Virus record (IMG/VR): IMGVR_UViG_3300042294_002813
Span: 1-64,000 of that record
DNA from: a virus
Strand: one strand, 5' to 3'
DNA: 64,000 nucleotides
Below the pieces are notes generated by a model. The model made no database searches, had not been told where the DNA came from, and saw only the letters and a list, made by a program, of their open reading frames with translations. How positions within the stretch are numbered: position 1 is the stretch's first letter; every line of letters begins with the position of its first letter. Below are positions 39,073 through 48,500 of the stretch, one piece after another. Both the position numbers and the translations under genes were made by a program.

Positions 39073-39542
39073 TGTGTGTTTGAAGTATTTGCACTTGAAT
39101 TGTTTAGAAGTTCGTTAATTAGATTTTCAATATGATCTTCACTCAATGTACTTTCTGTATTTGCATTCGTATCAATAGTATCAATAGAAAATACTGGTTT
39201 GATGGCATCAAATTCTGTATTTAATAGATTGGAAACAACATTTAAGGAAGTATCTATTTGAGGATCGAGAATATCGTGTCTTAGCTTAAACCAATCATAA
39301 GGCGCTCCGTCGTTTGCAATTTTCTTAATTTGCTCTTCCGTAATAGGAGGATCAGTTTGCCATATATTGAAGTTATAATCTGTTTGACATCTTTGTGGTG
39401 ATCCATCGCTTCTTCTAGCTATAGTCCCATCTGGATTGTATGATGTTGCTAGACTATCTTCAGTTAGCAAATTAGTATAGTATCTCACGATCATTGAGTG
39501 CTGTGAAGAATCAACATCAATTATTTTAAACTTGACTTCCAT
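39069..39542 (-). CDS. Hypothetical protein
   Basis: 157-aa ORF coupled (ATGA) to the PP-loop gene; late promoter upstream. Confidence 0.6.
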   Translation of the reverse strand: MEVKFKIIDVDSSQHSMIVRYYTNLLTEDSLATSYNPDGTIARRSDGSPQRCQTDYNFNIWQTDPPITEEQIKKIANDGAPYDWFKLRHDILDPQIDTSLNVVSNLLNTEFDAIKPVFSIDTIDTNANTESTLSEDHIENLINELLNNSSANTSNTQ

Positions 39543-39573
39543 TTCCCTACTCCGATATATAACTATGTATCTT

Positions 39574-39581
39574 TATTTATA
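39574..39581 (-). promoter_or_regulatory. T4-type late promoter
   Basis: TATAAATA upstream of 39542. Confidence 0.7.
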
Positions 39582-39603
39582 ATGACCCAACTTGAGGAAA
39601 ATA

Positions 39604-40221
39604 ATGTACAAAGACATTACAAATAATCCAGAGGAAAGAATGTGTACAACATATAGTTGGGCATATTGGGATAATGCATTTTCTGAAGAAGAATTAACAA
39701 ATTTAGAAAGATACTGTCAAATAGAACAAACAGAAAAAGCAACTGTTGTTGGTACCAATGACATTAACGAAACAGAAAAGATAAGAAAATCAAGAATTAA
39801 ATTCTATAGTAAAAATGAAAATAATGCATGGTTTTTTAATAGAGTAAATGAAATAAGCAAAATTATAAATGAAAGCTACTACAATTATGAATTAAACGGA
39901 TATGCTGATTTCCAATACACAGAATATCATGGTAATGAAAGTGGTGAATATAACTGGCACATGGATATGCTTCATGGTCAAAATAAATTTAATATAACAA
40001 GAAAATTGTCTCTTGTAATGTGTTTGTCCGATCCGGAAAAAGACTTTGTTGGAGGAGAATTTGAAATCAATGTGGGAAATCAAGAAGAACCCGAAACCAT
40101 ATTAATGAAAAAAGGTAGAATGATATTCTTTCCTTCATACATTATTCATAGGGTAAAACCAGTGACCAAGGGCATTCGTAAAACAATAGTAATTTGGATT
40201 ACTGGTCCTAAATTTGTATGA
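39604..40221 (+). CDS. 2OG-Fe(II) oxygenase (prolyl-hydroxylase-like)
   Basis: QYTEY, WHMD (HxD), RKLSL, GGEF, FPSYIIHRVKPV, RKTIVIW; SD GAGGA. Confidence 0.9.
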   Translation: MYKDITNNPEERMCTTYSWAYWDNAFSEEELTNLERYCQIEQTEKATVVGTNDINETEKIRKSRIKFYSKNENNAWFFNRVNEISKIINESYYNYELNGYADFQYTEYHGNESGEYNWHMDMLHGQNKFNITRKLSLVMCLSDPEKDFVGGEFEINVGNQEEPETILMKKGRMIFFPSYIIHRVKPVTKGIRKTIVIWITGPKFV

Positions 40222-41763
40222 TTAGTTTGAAGTATTTCCAACTACAGTACCAAAAGCAACAAATCTAATCAAATTATTGCCAGAAATACCAAATCCCGTA
40301 TTACCAACATTTCCTGTTGCTCCGGCAGCACCTCCGGCTCTTGCGCCATATGTTGTATTGAATGCATATCCAGCGTTATTTCCGCCAGGAGAACCGGCAA
40401 CGCCAAGATTTCCACCAGAACCGCCCGGTCCAGCAGTATATGTAGAACCGCCGCCGCCAGCACCACCAGCGCCGCCAAGTGTAGCCGTTCCATTTGCTCC
40501 AGCTGATCCATTAACATTACTAGGTCCTCCTGCGCCGCCAAGACCAATAGGAGAACCGGCACCGCCGCCGCCACCGCCGCCGCCGTGATATTGACCAACA
40601 CCTTTACTTGGTGTAAATCCTAGAGCACCACCGCCACCACCGCCACCACCGCCACCACCGCCAGGACCGCCGGTACCGCCTATGATAGAACCTTGATTAT
40701 TCATTACTATGACAAATGACGTTGCATTTGTTCCAGGAAATGTATATGGATATTGATGTAATTTTAGATAATCTAAACGTAAAAAGTTTCCTTCAGAAGT
40801 AGAATTTACAACAAATCTCATATTTCCTGCTGCACTTTCAGGATGAGTTTTTAATAGAACACCATCACGATATACTTTTAATACACCATCAATTTCACGA
40901 ACAAGAGAAAAAACATTTGCAGCAGAAACATTTGACGTTAGTGAGTGTACATTTGCACCCTTTTCTTGTACGACATCCGCACTTGCAGCAGAATGGACTA
41001 TGGCAAGACCAACGGTCGGAGCAGGATCAACTCCACCAACCCAATGAGTTGATGTAGCGGAAAACATACCGGCGGCATAAAAGTTTCCGGAAGTGCTTCC
41101 AATATTTCCTTGATCTTGTGTTCTATAAATTCCAACCGTTCCTGCGGCATTAGCTGAACTAGCACTTACTAGTTTATACTCCAAAGTAAAAGGAACATTT
41201 GCATTTATATCAAAATTATAGTATATTGTTGTTCTTATGTTTGTGCCTAGAGAACCGCCACCTTCTAAATTATCTCCGCTAACACCCCAAGTCCAACTAG
41301 AATTTGTACCAATCCAATTTGTGTTGGCATTACTAACAAAAGTATTTGAGTTTGAACTGTAATTTATAATGCCAACATTACTTGTGTTTGCTTCAGCTTG
41401 AAAGCCTGGACTACCATTAGCACCAACACCACCAGTTCCACCAGCAGAACCTGGTGCAACTGGATTTGTGGGATATCCTGCTCCGGGACCGCCTGCACCA
41501 CCAGAACCAGAAATACCAGTAACTCCTATATTCCCAACAATATTAGCTGAGTTTCTTATCACAATATATGTAGAATTTGCCCAGCCAAATCCAGTTCTAA
41601 GTGCTGAAATATTTGCAGAATTACTCGTAATGTTTGCATTGATCAAGCAAAAAACATTTAAAGGATATGATGGCGAATTTGCCCTTGCTCGCAAATTGAC
41701 ATTGTTTGCAACAGAGTTTATGTTTATTAGTATATTTGGTCTAGTGACAAGTGGTAGAAACAT
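40222..41763 (-). CDS. Glycine-rich adhesin, T2 gp38-like, with an inserted beta domain
   Basis: IRNSANIVG, NNQGSIIGG followed by poly-Gly tracts, C-terminal GISGN..FGTVVG; follows a fibre gene. Confidence 0.6.
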   Translation of the reverse strand: MFLPLVTRPNILININSVANNVNLRARANSPSYPLNVFCLINANITSNSANISALRTGFGWANSTYIVIRNSANIVGNIGVTGISGSGGAGGPGAGYPTNPVAPGSAGGTGGVGANGSPGFQAEANTSNVGIINYSSNSNTFVSNANTNWIGTNSSWTWGVSGDNLEGGGSLGTNIRTTIYYNFDINANVPFTLEYKLVSASSANAAGTVGIYRTQDQGNIGSTSGNFYAAGMFSATSTHWVGGVDPAPTVGLAIVHSAASADVVQEKGANVHSLTSNVSAANVFSLVREIDGVLKVYRDGVLLKTHPESAAGNMRFVVNSTSEGNFLRLDYLKLHQYPYTFPGTNATSFVIVMNNQGSIIGGTGGPGGGGGGGGGGGGALGFTPSKGVGQYHGGGGGGGGAGSPIGLGGAGGPSNVNGSAGANGTATLGGAGGAGGGGSTYTAGPGGSGGNLGVAGSPGGNNAGYAFNTTYGARAGGAAGATGNVGNTGFGISGNNLIRFVAFGTVVGNTSN

Positions 41764-41764
41764 T

Positions 41765-42496
41765 TTATCCTACGTCAGGAATGAATGAGCCGTATAATTT
41801 TGATCCATCAGAAATGAAAGTAAACACATCACGAGAATTCGCTGTTGTAGTTAATGGCGGAGCAATATTCCCTGTAAAACGATATCCTTGTTCAAAAGTA
41901 AGTGAGCTACCACCAGACGTATTTTGCACTACATGAAGAACATATGTACCAACACGAATATTTGTTATGTTTGATAGAACACGATTTCCATTCAATGTAA
42001 CCGTAGCAATTTGTCCATTTGATGCATCCCATGTTATAGTTGCAGCATCAGTCAATGTTTGCGAAAGAATATTGGCTTTTGCGGTATCGACAAGACCGCC
42101 GGTCATGCAAATATTTGACGATACGTTGATATTTGGAACAACTAAGGTTCCAGTCATCGTGTCGCCCGTGCGAAGAACCGTATTACTTGCATTGTTGTTT
42201 GCAACATTAGCTTTGTCAAAAGCGGCAGCTGCAATTACATTTGCTGTATTTGCTTTATCAAATGCTAGATTTGCAATCAAATTTGCAGCATTAGCGCGAG
42301 CAAAAGTTGAGGCAAGCAAAGATACTACATTCAAAGTTCCAAAAAACAACGTATTTGCTGTAACAACATTTGCAGTCACACTACGATAAGTCGTAAGACC
42401 ATCGCCAAGCAAGTCATTTGTGACAACAATCAGCTGATTAGTCGTCACTCTCCATTCATCAAATGTGTTCGTGAGTGCTACATTACTGATTGCCAT
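41765..42496 (-). CDS. Short fibre protein
   Basis: MAISNVALTNTFDEWR baseplate-anchor N-terminus, AFDKAN repeats, LRTGDTMTG, C-terminal domain shared with the 1415-aa fibre. Confidence 0.75.
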   Translation of the reverse strand: MAISNVALTNTFDEWRVTTNQLIVVTNDLLGDGLTTYRSVTANVVTANTLFFGTLNVVSLLASTFARANAANLIANLAFDKANTANVIAAAAFDKANVANNNASNTVLRTGDTMTGTLVVPNINVSSNICMTGGLVDTAKANILSQTLTDAATITWDASNGQIATVTLNGNRVLSNITNIRVGTYVLHVVQNTSGGSSLTFEQGYRFTGNIAPPLTTTANSRDVFTFISDGSKLYGSFIPDVG

Positions 42497-42510
42497 TTAA
42501 GGTAACTCCG

Positions 42511-42918
42511 TTATTTTTTCGCATTCTCATAAGCTTCTAATGCTTGTGATCTATAACTCCAACCTTGTTTTGGATCAAATTTTTCCAAGTCGCTAGTTGA
42601 CTTGCAATCATTCCATTTCTTGTAATTTGTAGCAAATTCTTCATCTCTTGTTTTAAGAACATTCATATATGCTGCAGCAAACAAGTTTTCTAGTTGTTTT
42701 CTGTTTAAGCTTCGTACAGTTCCATCGTGTGTTCTTACAGAAAAAGTTTGTACCCCGCCTATATATCCAATCAACAAATGTGAAAATTCGTGTGAGTTAA
42801 AACAATATATCACATCATCACAAAGAAAATCTTTATGAGTTAGTCCAAAAGTAAATTCGCTAACAAGTAAAGCAAATTTTTTATGTCTTTCTGCTTCAAA
42901 TTTGATATTTTCGTTCAT
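42511..42918 (-). CDS. Putative tail-fibre assembly protein (DUF4376-like)
   Basis: Directly downstream of the collar-domain fibre; RTHDG..SLNRKQL..STSDLEKF..W pattern. Confidence 0.45.
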   Translation of the reverse strand: MNENIKFEAERHKKFALLVSEFTFGLTHKDFLCDDVIYCFNSHEFSHLLIGYIGGVQTFSVRTHDGTVRSLNRKQLENLFAAAYMNVLKTRDEEFATNYKKWNDCKSTSDLEKFDPKQGWSYRSQALEAYENAKK

Positions 42919-42928
42919 ATGATTCCCG

Positions 42929-43813
42929 TTATGTCTTGATTATGTAATTTAGTATCATGGTTGGCTGCATATTTTGGTGAGGATAGTTTTCACCAACTGT
43001 AGTGTTTATATCATCTGCCACAGGTAGAGGTGTGTTGTCACCAAATGCTGGATTGGTTGTTGATGTTGTGCTTCTAATATTAAATGTTGGCAATTGAGCT
43101 GTAGTTAGAATATGTGTTTGCGTACCACCATTTGCGCCCAATGTAGTTCCAGCAATACCGCTATTTGCATTTGATCCAGATGCAGTTACTCGTAGTGCAG
43201 CAGTTCCGCCCATATCGTCACGGCCAGCAACAACTCTACCACGAAGATCAGGAAGATTAAACGTATTTACTCCGTCTCCTGATCCGTATGTAGTACCAAT
43301 TGCAGAATAAAGAGATGAATATGTTGTTCTAGAAATAGCATTGCCTGAACACAATAGCCATCCAGTAGGCTCTGAAGAACCTGCATATGGCATGATGACG
43401 CCCGAAGGAACACCCGTGTTTGCAGCATTAAATGCTGAAACTGCTACGACGTTTGCGGTATTTGCTTGGTCAAAAGCTGCGGATCCAGTTGATTGTGCTG
43501 CATCAGCTTTTGTGCAAGCAGTATTTGCTTTGTCAAATGCGCCAGAAGCTATAACATTTGCTGTATTAGCTTTATCAAACGCTAGATTCGCAATTAAATT
43601 TGCTGCATTAGCACGAGCAAATGCAGCAGTTGGAAGTGTAATTACATCAACGCCGTTCGCGTATATTGTATTTCCACTAATTACATTTGCTTTAACATTT
43701 CGATATGTTTGAAGACCGTCATCAAGAACGTCGTTAAGAGCAACTACGGTTTGATTTGTAACTAATCTCCATTGATCAAATGTGTTAGTTAAAGCAACGT
43801 TACTAATTGCCAT
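42929..43813 (-). CDS. Short tail fibre with phage tail-collar domain (gp12-like)
   Basis: PSGVIMPYAG..PTGWLLCSG..SRTTYSSLY.AIGTTYG.GDG..TFNLPDLRGR, HQNMQP..LNYIIKT. Confidence 0.88.
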   Translation of the reverse strand: MAISNVALTNTFDQWRLVTNQTVVALNDVLDDGLQTYRNVKANVISGNTIYANGVDVITLPTAAFARANAANLIANLAFDKANTANVIASGAFDKANTACTKADAAQSTGSAAFDQANTANVVAVSAFNAANTGVPSGVIMPYAGSSEPTGWLLCSGNAISRTTYSSLYSAIGTTYGSGDGVNTFNLPDLRGRVVAGRDDMGGTAALRVTASGSNANSGIAGTTLGANGGTQTHILTTAQLPTFNIRSTTSTTNPAFGDNTPLPVADDINTTVGENYPHQNMQPTMILNYIIKT

Positions 43814-44019
43814 TATTTGTTCTCCGATAACAGAGCAAGAATCTTATTCATTGTGTCCTTAATTTCAGCTACTTCTTCTTTCAAAGTATTTATTTCATTA
43901 ACTTTAGACATCATGTTTTTTTTCACTTTATATTCGTCCAACTGTGCTCTATTTGTGTTTAGAATTGCTTTTGAATTTATATCACGAACATATTGCGTAT
44001 CGGTAATCTTGACTTTCAT
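43813..44019 (-). CDS. Small conserved coiled-coil protein
   Basis: YVRDINSKAILNTN..EINTLKEEVAEIK; usual position after the DUF4815-like gene. Confidence 0.7.
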   Translation of the reverse strand: MKVKITDTQYVRDINSKAILNTNRAQLDEYKVKKNMMSKVNEINTLKEEVAEIKDTMNKILALLSENK

Positions 44020-44023
44020 TTTA

Positions 44024-45517
44024 TCATCCTGCCGGCAACGCAATTACACGCATATCTCTAACTTTAGGAACAAGAGTAGTATCTGGACTACTTAGTACAA
44101 TCTTGACTGCAAAGAACTTGAATGTTTCATATGTTGTTCCACCACTTGAATATATAACCAAATCGGTGTTTAGAGATGGTCTATATTCATATTCAATGTA
44201 ATCATTGTAGTTTGTTGATGTCACTCCCGATGGCGTCTTTTGCTCCATCTTGAAATATGATTTTACATCAAAATCATCGGGATCATCAGCGTTCAAAATC
44301 TTGTAGTATACTTCAATTCCCGTCGTAGGTGGCTTATATGCAGTCAAGAACACGCGAAGATCCGAAGAGTCAAAGCCATCGTTTAGCTGTACGCGACGAC
44401 TAATATAACGAGCAAGATAATTACCACCAGACGATCTTGTTTCACCAAGAACAATTGCCGAAGCGTTTCTTGTCGCCCCGCCTTCAGAGATTGTAATAGT
44501 TGGCGTGCTTGTATACCCAGAACCACCAGCTGTAACAACGATGTTTCTAACTACGTTTGCTACAACGTTTGCTGTTGCCGTTGCACCTGAACCACCACCA
44601 CCAGAAATTGTAACTGTTGGATTTGTGTGTCCTGCGCCGCCGTCAGTTACCACAATTGTCGAATTTGAAAGATTTGCATTATTGATGATATTTTCAATTG
44701 AAAACAAACCAAGTCTTTGTACGTCAATCATTGGAGACACATCTGGATTTAGTGTCGCGAAATCTGCCTTCAATATAAAGTGATTTGAATTATCAATCTT
44801 TCTACGACCTAAACCATCATTAAATTCATAGTCTTTGTTTGTCAAAAATCCTGTATACGAAGAATCGACTATCCCCGTTGACTTCAATGTGGCTTTATAT
44901 GAATAATCTAGTGTAGATGTAGCAAATTTCATCTGATCTGATCGAACGTACATTAAGTCCATCTCGACATTTGAAGACGGAGAACGAACGTTGAAGACTC
45001 CTGATCCTGAACTTGCCGTAGAAAATACGCACTTATTCACGACAAACATCAGATCTTCGTCTGCAAAAGGTATCCATTCTGATGCATTTTGTGGCTTATA
45101 CAAAACGCCGGTATTCGGTTGCTTAGATACAGACCTATCACTACCAACTAGTGTTTGACCAACTTTGGCTGAAAATAGAACATATTCAGGACTATCTGAA
45201 TACACGACAAGAGCATATTCACCGCCAGGTTCAAGATATACTGGAGCTGGAAAAGTAAAAGACGTTTTTGTATCAGAATCATTTGAATCTGGTTGGTCTG
45301 ATGTTTTTACATTTATCGCATCAACAGAGACTTTTGATAAGGGTATGGCATAATTTGATAGGGGAAATCCATTTCTTGTTGGACGCAACTGTACTTCGAC
45401 GGAAAGTATTCCTGATGAATCTTTATTTGCGAAAAATAGATCAACGCTAGAGACAAATACGCCCTCTCTGTAAAGAGTTCCATCTACGAAAAATGTTTGT
45501 GCTAGAATTGCTGGCAT
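44024..45517 (-). CDS. Virion structural protein, C-terminal part of a DUF4815/VrlC-like baseplate protein
   Basis: [56 protein letters not shown]. Confidence 0.8.
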   Translation of the reverse strand: MPAILAQTFFVDGTLYREGVFVSSVDLFFANKDSSGILSVEVQLRPTRNGFPLSNYAIPLSKVSVDAINVKTSDQPDSNDSDTKTSFTFPAPVYLEPGGEYALVVYSDSPEYVLFSAKVGQTLVGSDRSVSKQPNTGVLYKPQNASEWIPFADEDLMFVVNKCVFSTASSGSGVFNVRSPSSNVEMDLMYVRSDQMKFATSTLDYSYKATLKSTGIVDSSYTGFLTNKDYEFNDGLGRRKIDNSNHFILKADFATLNPDVSPMIDVQRLGLFSIENIINNANLSNSTIVVTDGGAGHTNPTVTISGGGGSGATATANVVANVVRNIVVTAGGSGYTSTPTITISEGGATRNASAIVLGETRSSGGNYLARYISRRVQLNDGFDSSDLRVFLTAYKPPTTGIEVYYKILNADDPDDFDVKSYFKMEQKTPSGVTSTNYNDYIEYEYRPSLNTDLVIYSSGGTTYETFKFFAVKIVLSSPDTTLVPKVRDMRVIALPAG

Positions 45518-45550
45518 TTACTATTTCTTTCCTATATCTTTCATTTTATA

Positions 45551-48500
45551 TTAAAAATTTGGTCCTGATTGTTGTGCGCCCATCGGGTCGGGATCGTTAT
45601 AATTATTTTCATAAACCGGATTATATGTTGGCTCTGGTAATCTGGTTGCAGTTACGCCCACAGAAACGCCAATCAATCCTTGTGCATAGAATTTACTTTC
45701 ACCAACAGTCGTTGCACCATTAGCTGAACCATTAGCAAGATTACTTATTCTAAACATTCTCTCGCCGGTTCTAAACTTCAACGTACTATTGCTTGGTACA
45801 ACAAATGTGCCGGCAAGTTGACCAAATTCATTTGTCTTTGAATCGCCAATCGAATATCTTGTATTTGATCCTGGTGTTACAGAGAAGCCTGCAGTGTTTC
45901 TTGCAGATCTCGTTGAGCCAATATACGCATCAATTGTATAAGAAGATCCAACACCTAAACCATCAACAAAGTAGATTGTATTTCCTACATACCAACTATC
46001 CGTGTTTGCTGCATCAAATGCAAGATTGATCGTAGTTGAATTTGCACTTCTTGCAGTACCTGAATAGTGTCTATATTCTACAACAATACCTGTATTTGAA
46101 GACCTTGCACCTGTCCAAGTTTGTCCAGCTATCACATTCCCGCTAACGTCTGCAACATATGCAACATTAGATGATGACAATGTCTTTGACAAGATAACAT
46201 TTGCAGTATTACCCGATCCCGAAGTAATTCTTTCACCATCGGCTTTATCAAAGAAATTATTTCCAGAAAATACTAATTCGTTAGCTCTCTGCACATAATT
46301 GGTTACGTTCACATCATCAAAGTAATAATATACAACTTTTCTTGGTCTCAGAGATGTTGCAACAAAATCAATATCGATTTGACGCATGATCGGAGTAACA
46401 CCAAGGTTTACGACACGATCATTTACAGTTTGAGAAATTTGATCAAATGAAGAGCGACGCAGGAATCCGTTCTGATAGCCGCCAAATGTCGTTGTTCTAT
46501 TTACACCATTTTCCCAAATTTGTAGTCCATTTCTTCCCTGCTCATTCACATCATTTGTAACAATTTCTGCACCAGTAGAGCGCGTTTCCCAATGACCGAA
46601 TTCTGCATCAAATGCAGATGTTGTGCCACTTAGTGCTGATTGCAGAGATGAATACCCGTCGTTTTCGCCAGTATAATTGACGACAACGTCTGGCAAATCA
46701 TATTTGTTGAAATAGAAATCTGATTGTGGAATTAATTGAACTGATCCGATAAATCGTGCAAATAGATATGGCTGCACTTCAACTGTTTGCGAAGAAACGT
46801 TTTGAACAATCATTTCTTCTGTCGTATACGGAAGCAATACAAGACCCGATTTATATGTTAATCCTGTACTTGCGCTAAAATCATAGTCCAAGTAGTGTGA
46901 ATTTGTATTAGTTGACGGACGAAGTTCTTCTGTTCTAGTGTCGATTGAACACTTGTAATCAATGTTTCTTACGTCACCGACAGAATGTCCCTTGAACGAA
47001 TCGACAAGTATACCATTCTTTGTGCGATCAAGGCCGTTAACATCCTTGATTGACATGATTTCAGTATCTTTTTCGACCAAATTCAACGCCGTGTAATACT
47101 CTAAATTTTCAATTCTCTTTTCTAGAGAACCGATATCACGCATCGTGTAGCGTTTGTTTTCAACGTACTTTACTATTACATTTGCTGGAGATGCCGTGTA
47201 AGGAGCAATGGTCAAATTATACAGAACCATTGATCCTTCAGGTTCTCTAGGAGGAACTGGATTTAGAGAAGAGACGCCCTTAACAACGCTAAACAATCTG
47301 TCTTTTGTCAATACGATCTTGTCTTTTCTTGCCAAATAATATTGATAATCGGCAGAAAATTCTTCATTAGGAAGACCGACTCTAAAGGTTTGTAGAGTAT
47401 ATCCGGGCGAAGTGTTTGAGTTGTCTTGTCTTCTTGGTCTAAAATCTATGCAGTCTCTTAGATCATATGTTTCGCCTGATGATGCACTTGTATATTGTGG
47501 AATATTGTTATAATATGGATAGGAATCGACAGAGAAATATCCTAGACCGTCACTACCACCAGTTTCGTGTTTGAAATAACTAAAGCAAACTACAACATTT
47601 CCTGTTGGTGGCGAATTTCCTGGAAGAAAGACAATTCCGCCATGATCATAATGATCATCTCTTTGTCCATTGTCAAGAGAGTATCTTGATGTAATGTCAT
47701 TATATGAAGATAAAACAGTTCCGCTTGTGAAAGCAGCAGACCCGATATCATATATCTTGTTTATTTCATAAACGTCAGATGTGTACAAGCTATCTTTTTG
47801 ACCTGGTGTCTTGTTTGGCGCGGAAAGATGAACTTGACCAGCTGCAGAATAGATAGAAACATTTGCAAATGTTGCATTTGCTGTTCCACCTTGCGTTTGA
47901 ATATGTGTGGAATTTGAAGTAACTAGAGTCTTCAACTTCTCATTTATTTTTGATCCAGAAGTTATCGAAACTTTTGCCAAAATGTCAGCTATGAATGTAT
48001 TTGCTTGAGGCGCCGTGAAAGTTGCTGTTGGCGTTCCTCCATTATTAACGACAATGCTTGCACTACCTGTTGTCATAGGTAGAATTGCACCGTTTGCTCC
48101 AATCGTTGAACCTAGATTGTCGCGAATAACAACAATGAAGTTTTCCAATGCTTGAGTAGTTGACTGTGTACCATTTGCAAGAAATACTTCTCCAACACCA
48201 GCACTAATTGACCCAGTTGTTCCGCTTGTAAAGGATACTGCAGTACCCAACACCTTGAAGTAGTCGTATGTTTGATCAGTTATACCCTGCTTGACATAGT
48301 TTTGTGGTAGCTCAAATAGCAACTTGTTGTATCTAGGATCGGTAATTACTGTATTGCTACCATATTTGCTTGATGCATCAACGTCCATAGAGCCGCCAAT
48401 AGAAACTGGAGTTCCAGTTACGATATTTGCCATGCTCTTGATATCTCTAGATGAGAAATCTATTGACCAACGATCAGCGTTTGCTTGAGCTGTTGATATG

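Noticed and set aside
40555-40680. (CCG/CCA)n tracts as a phase-variable contingency locus
   Set aside because: Triplet repeats with mixed codons encoding poly-Gly; slippage would not shift the frame
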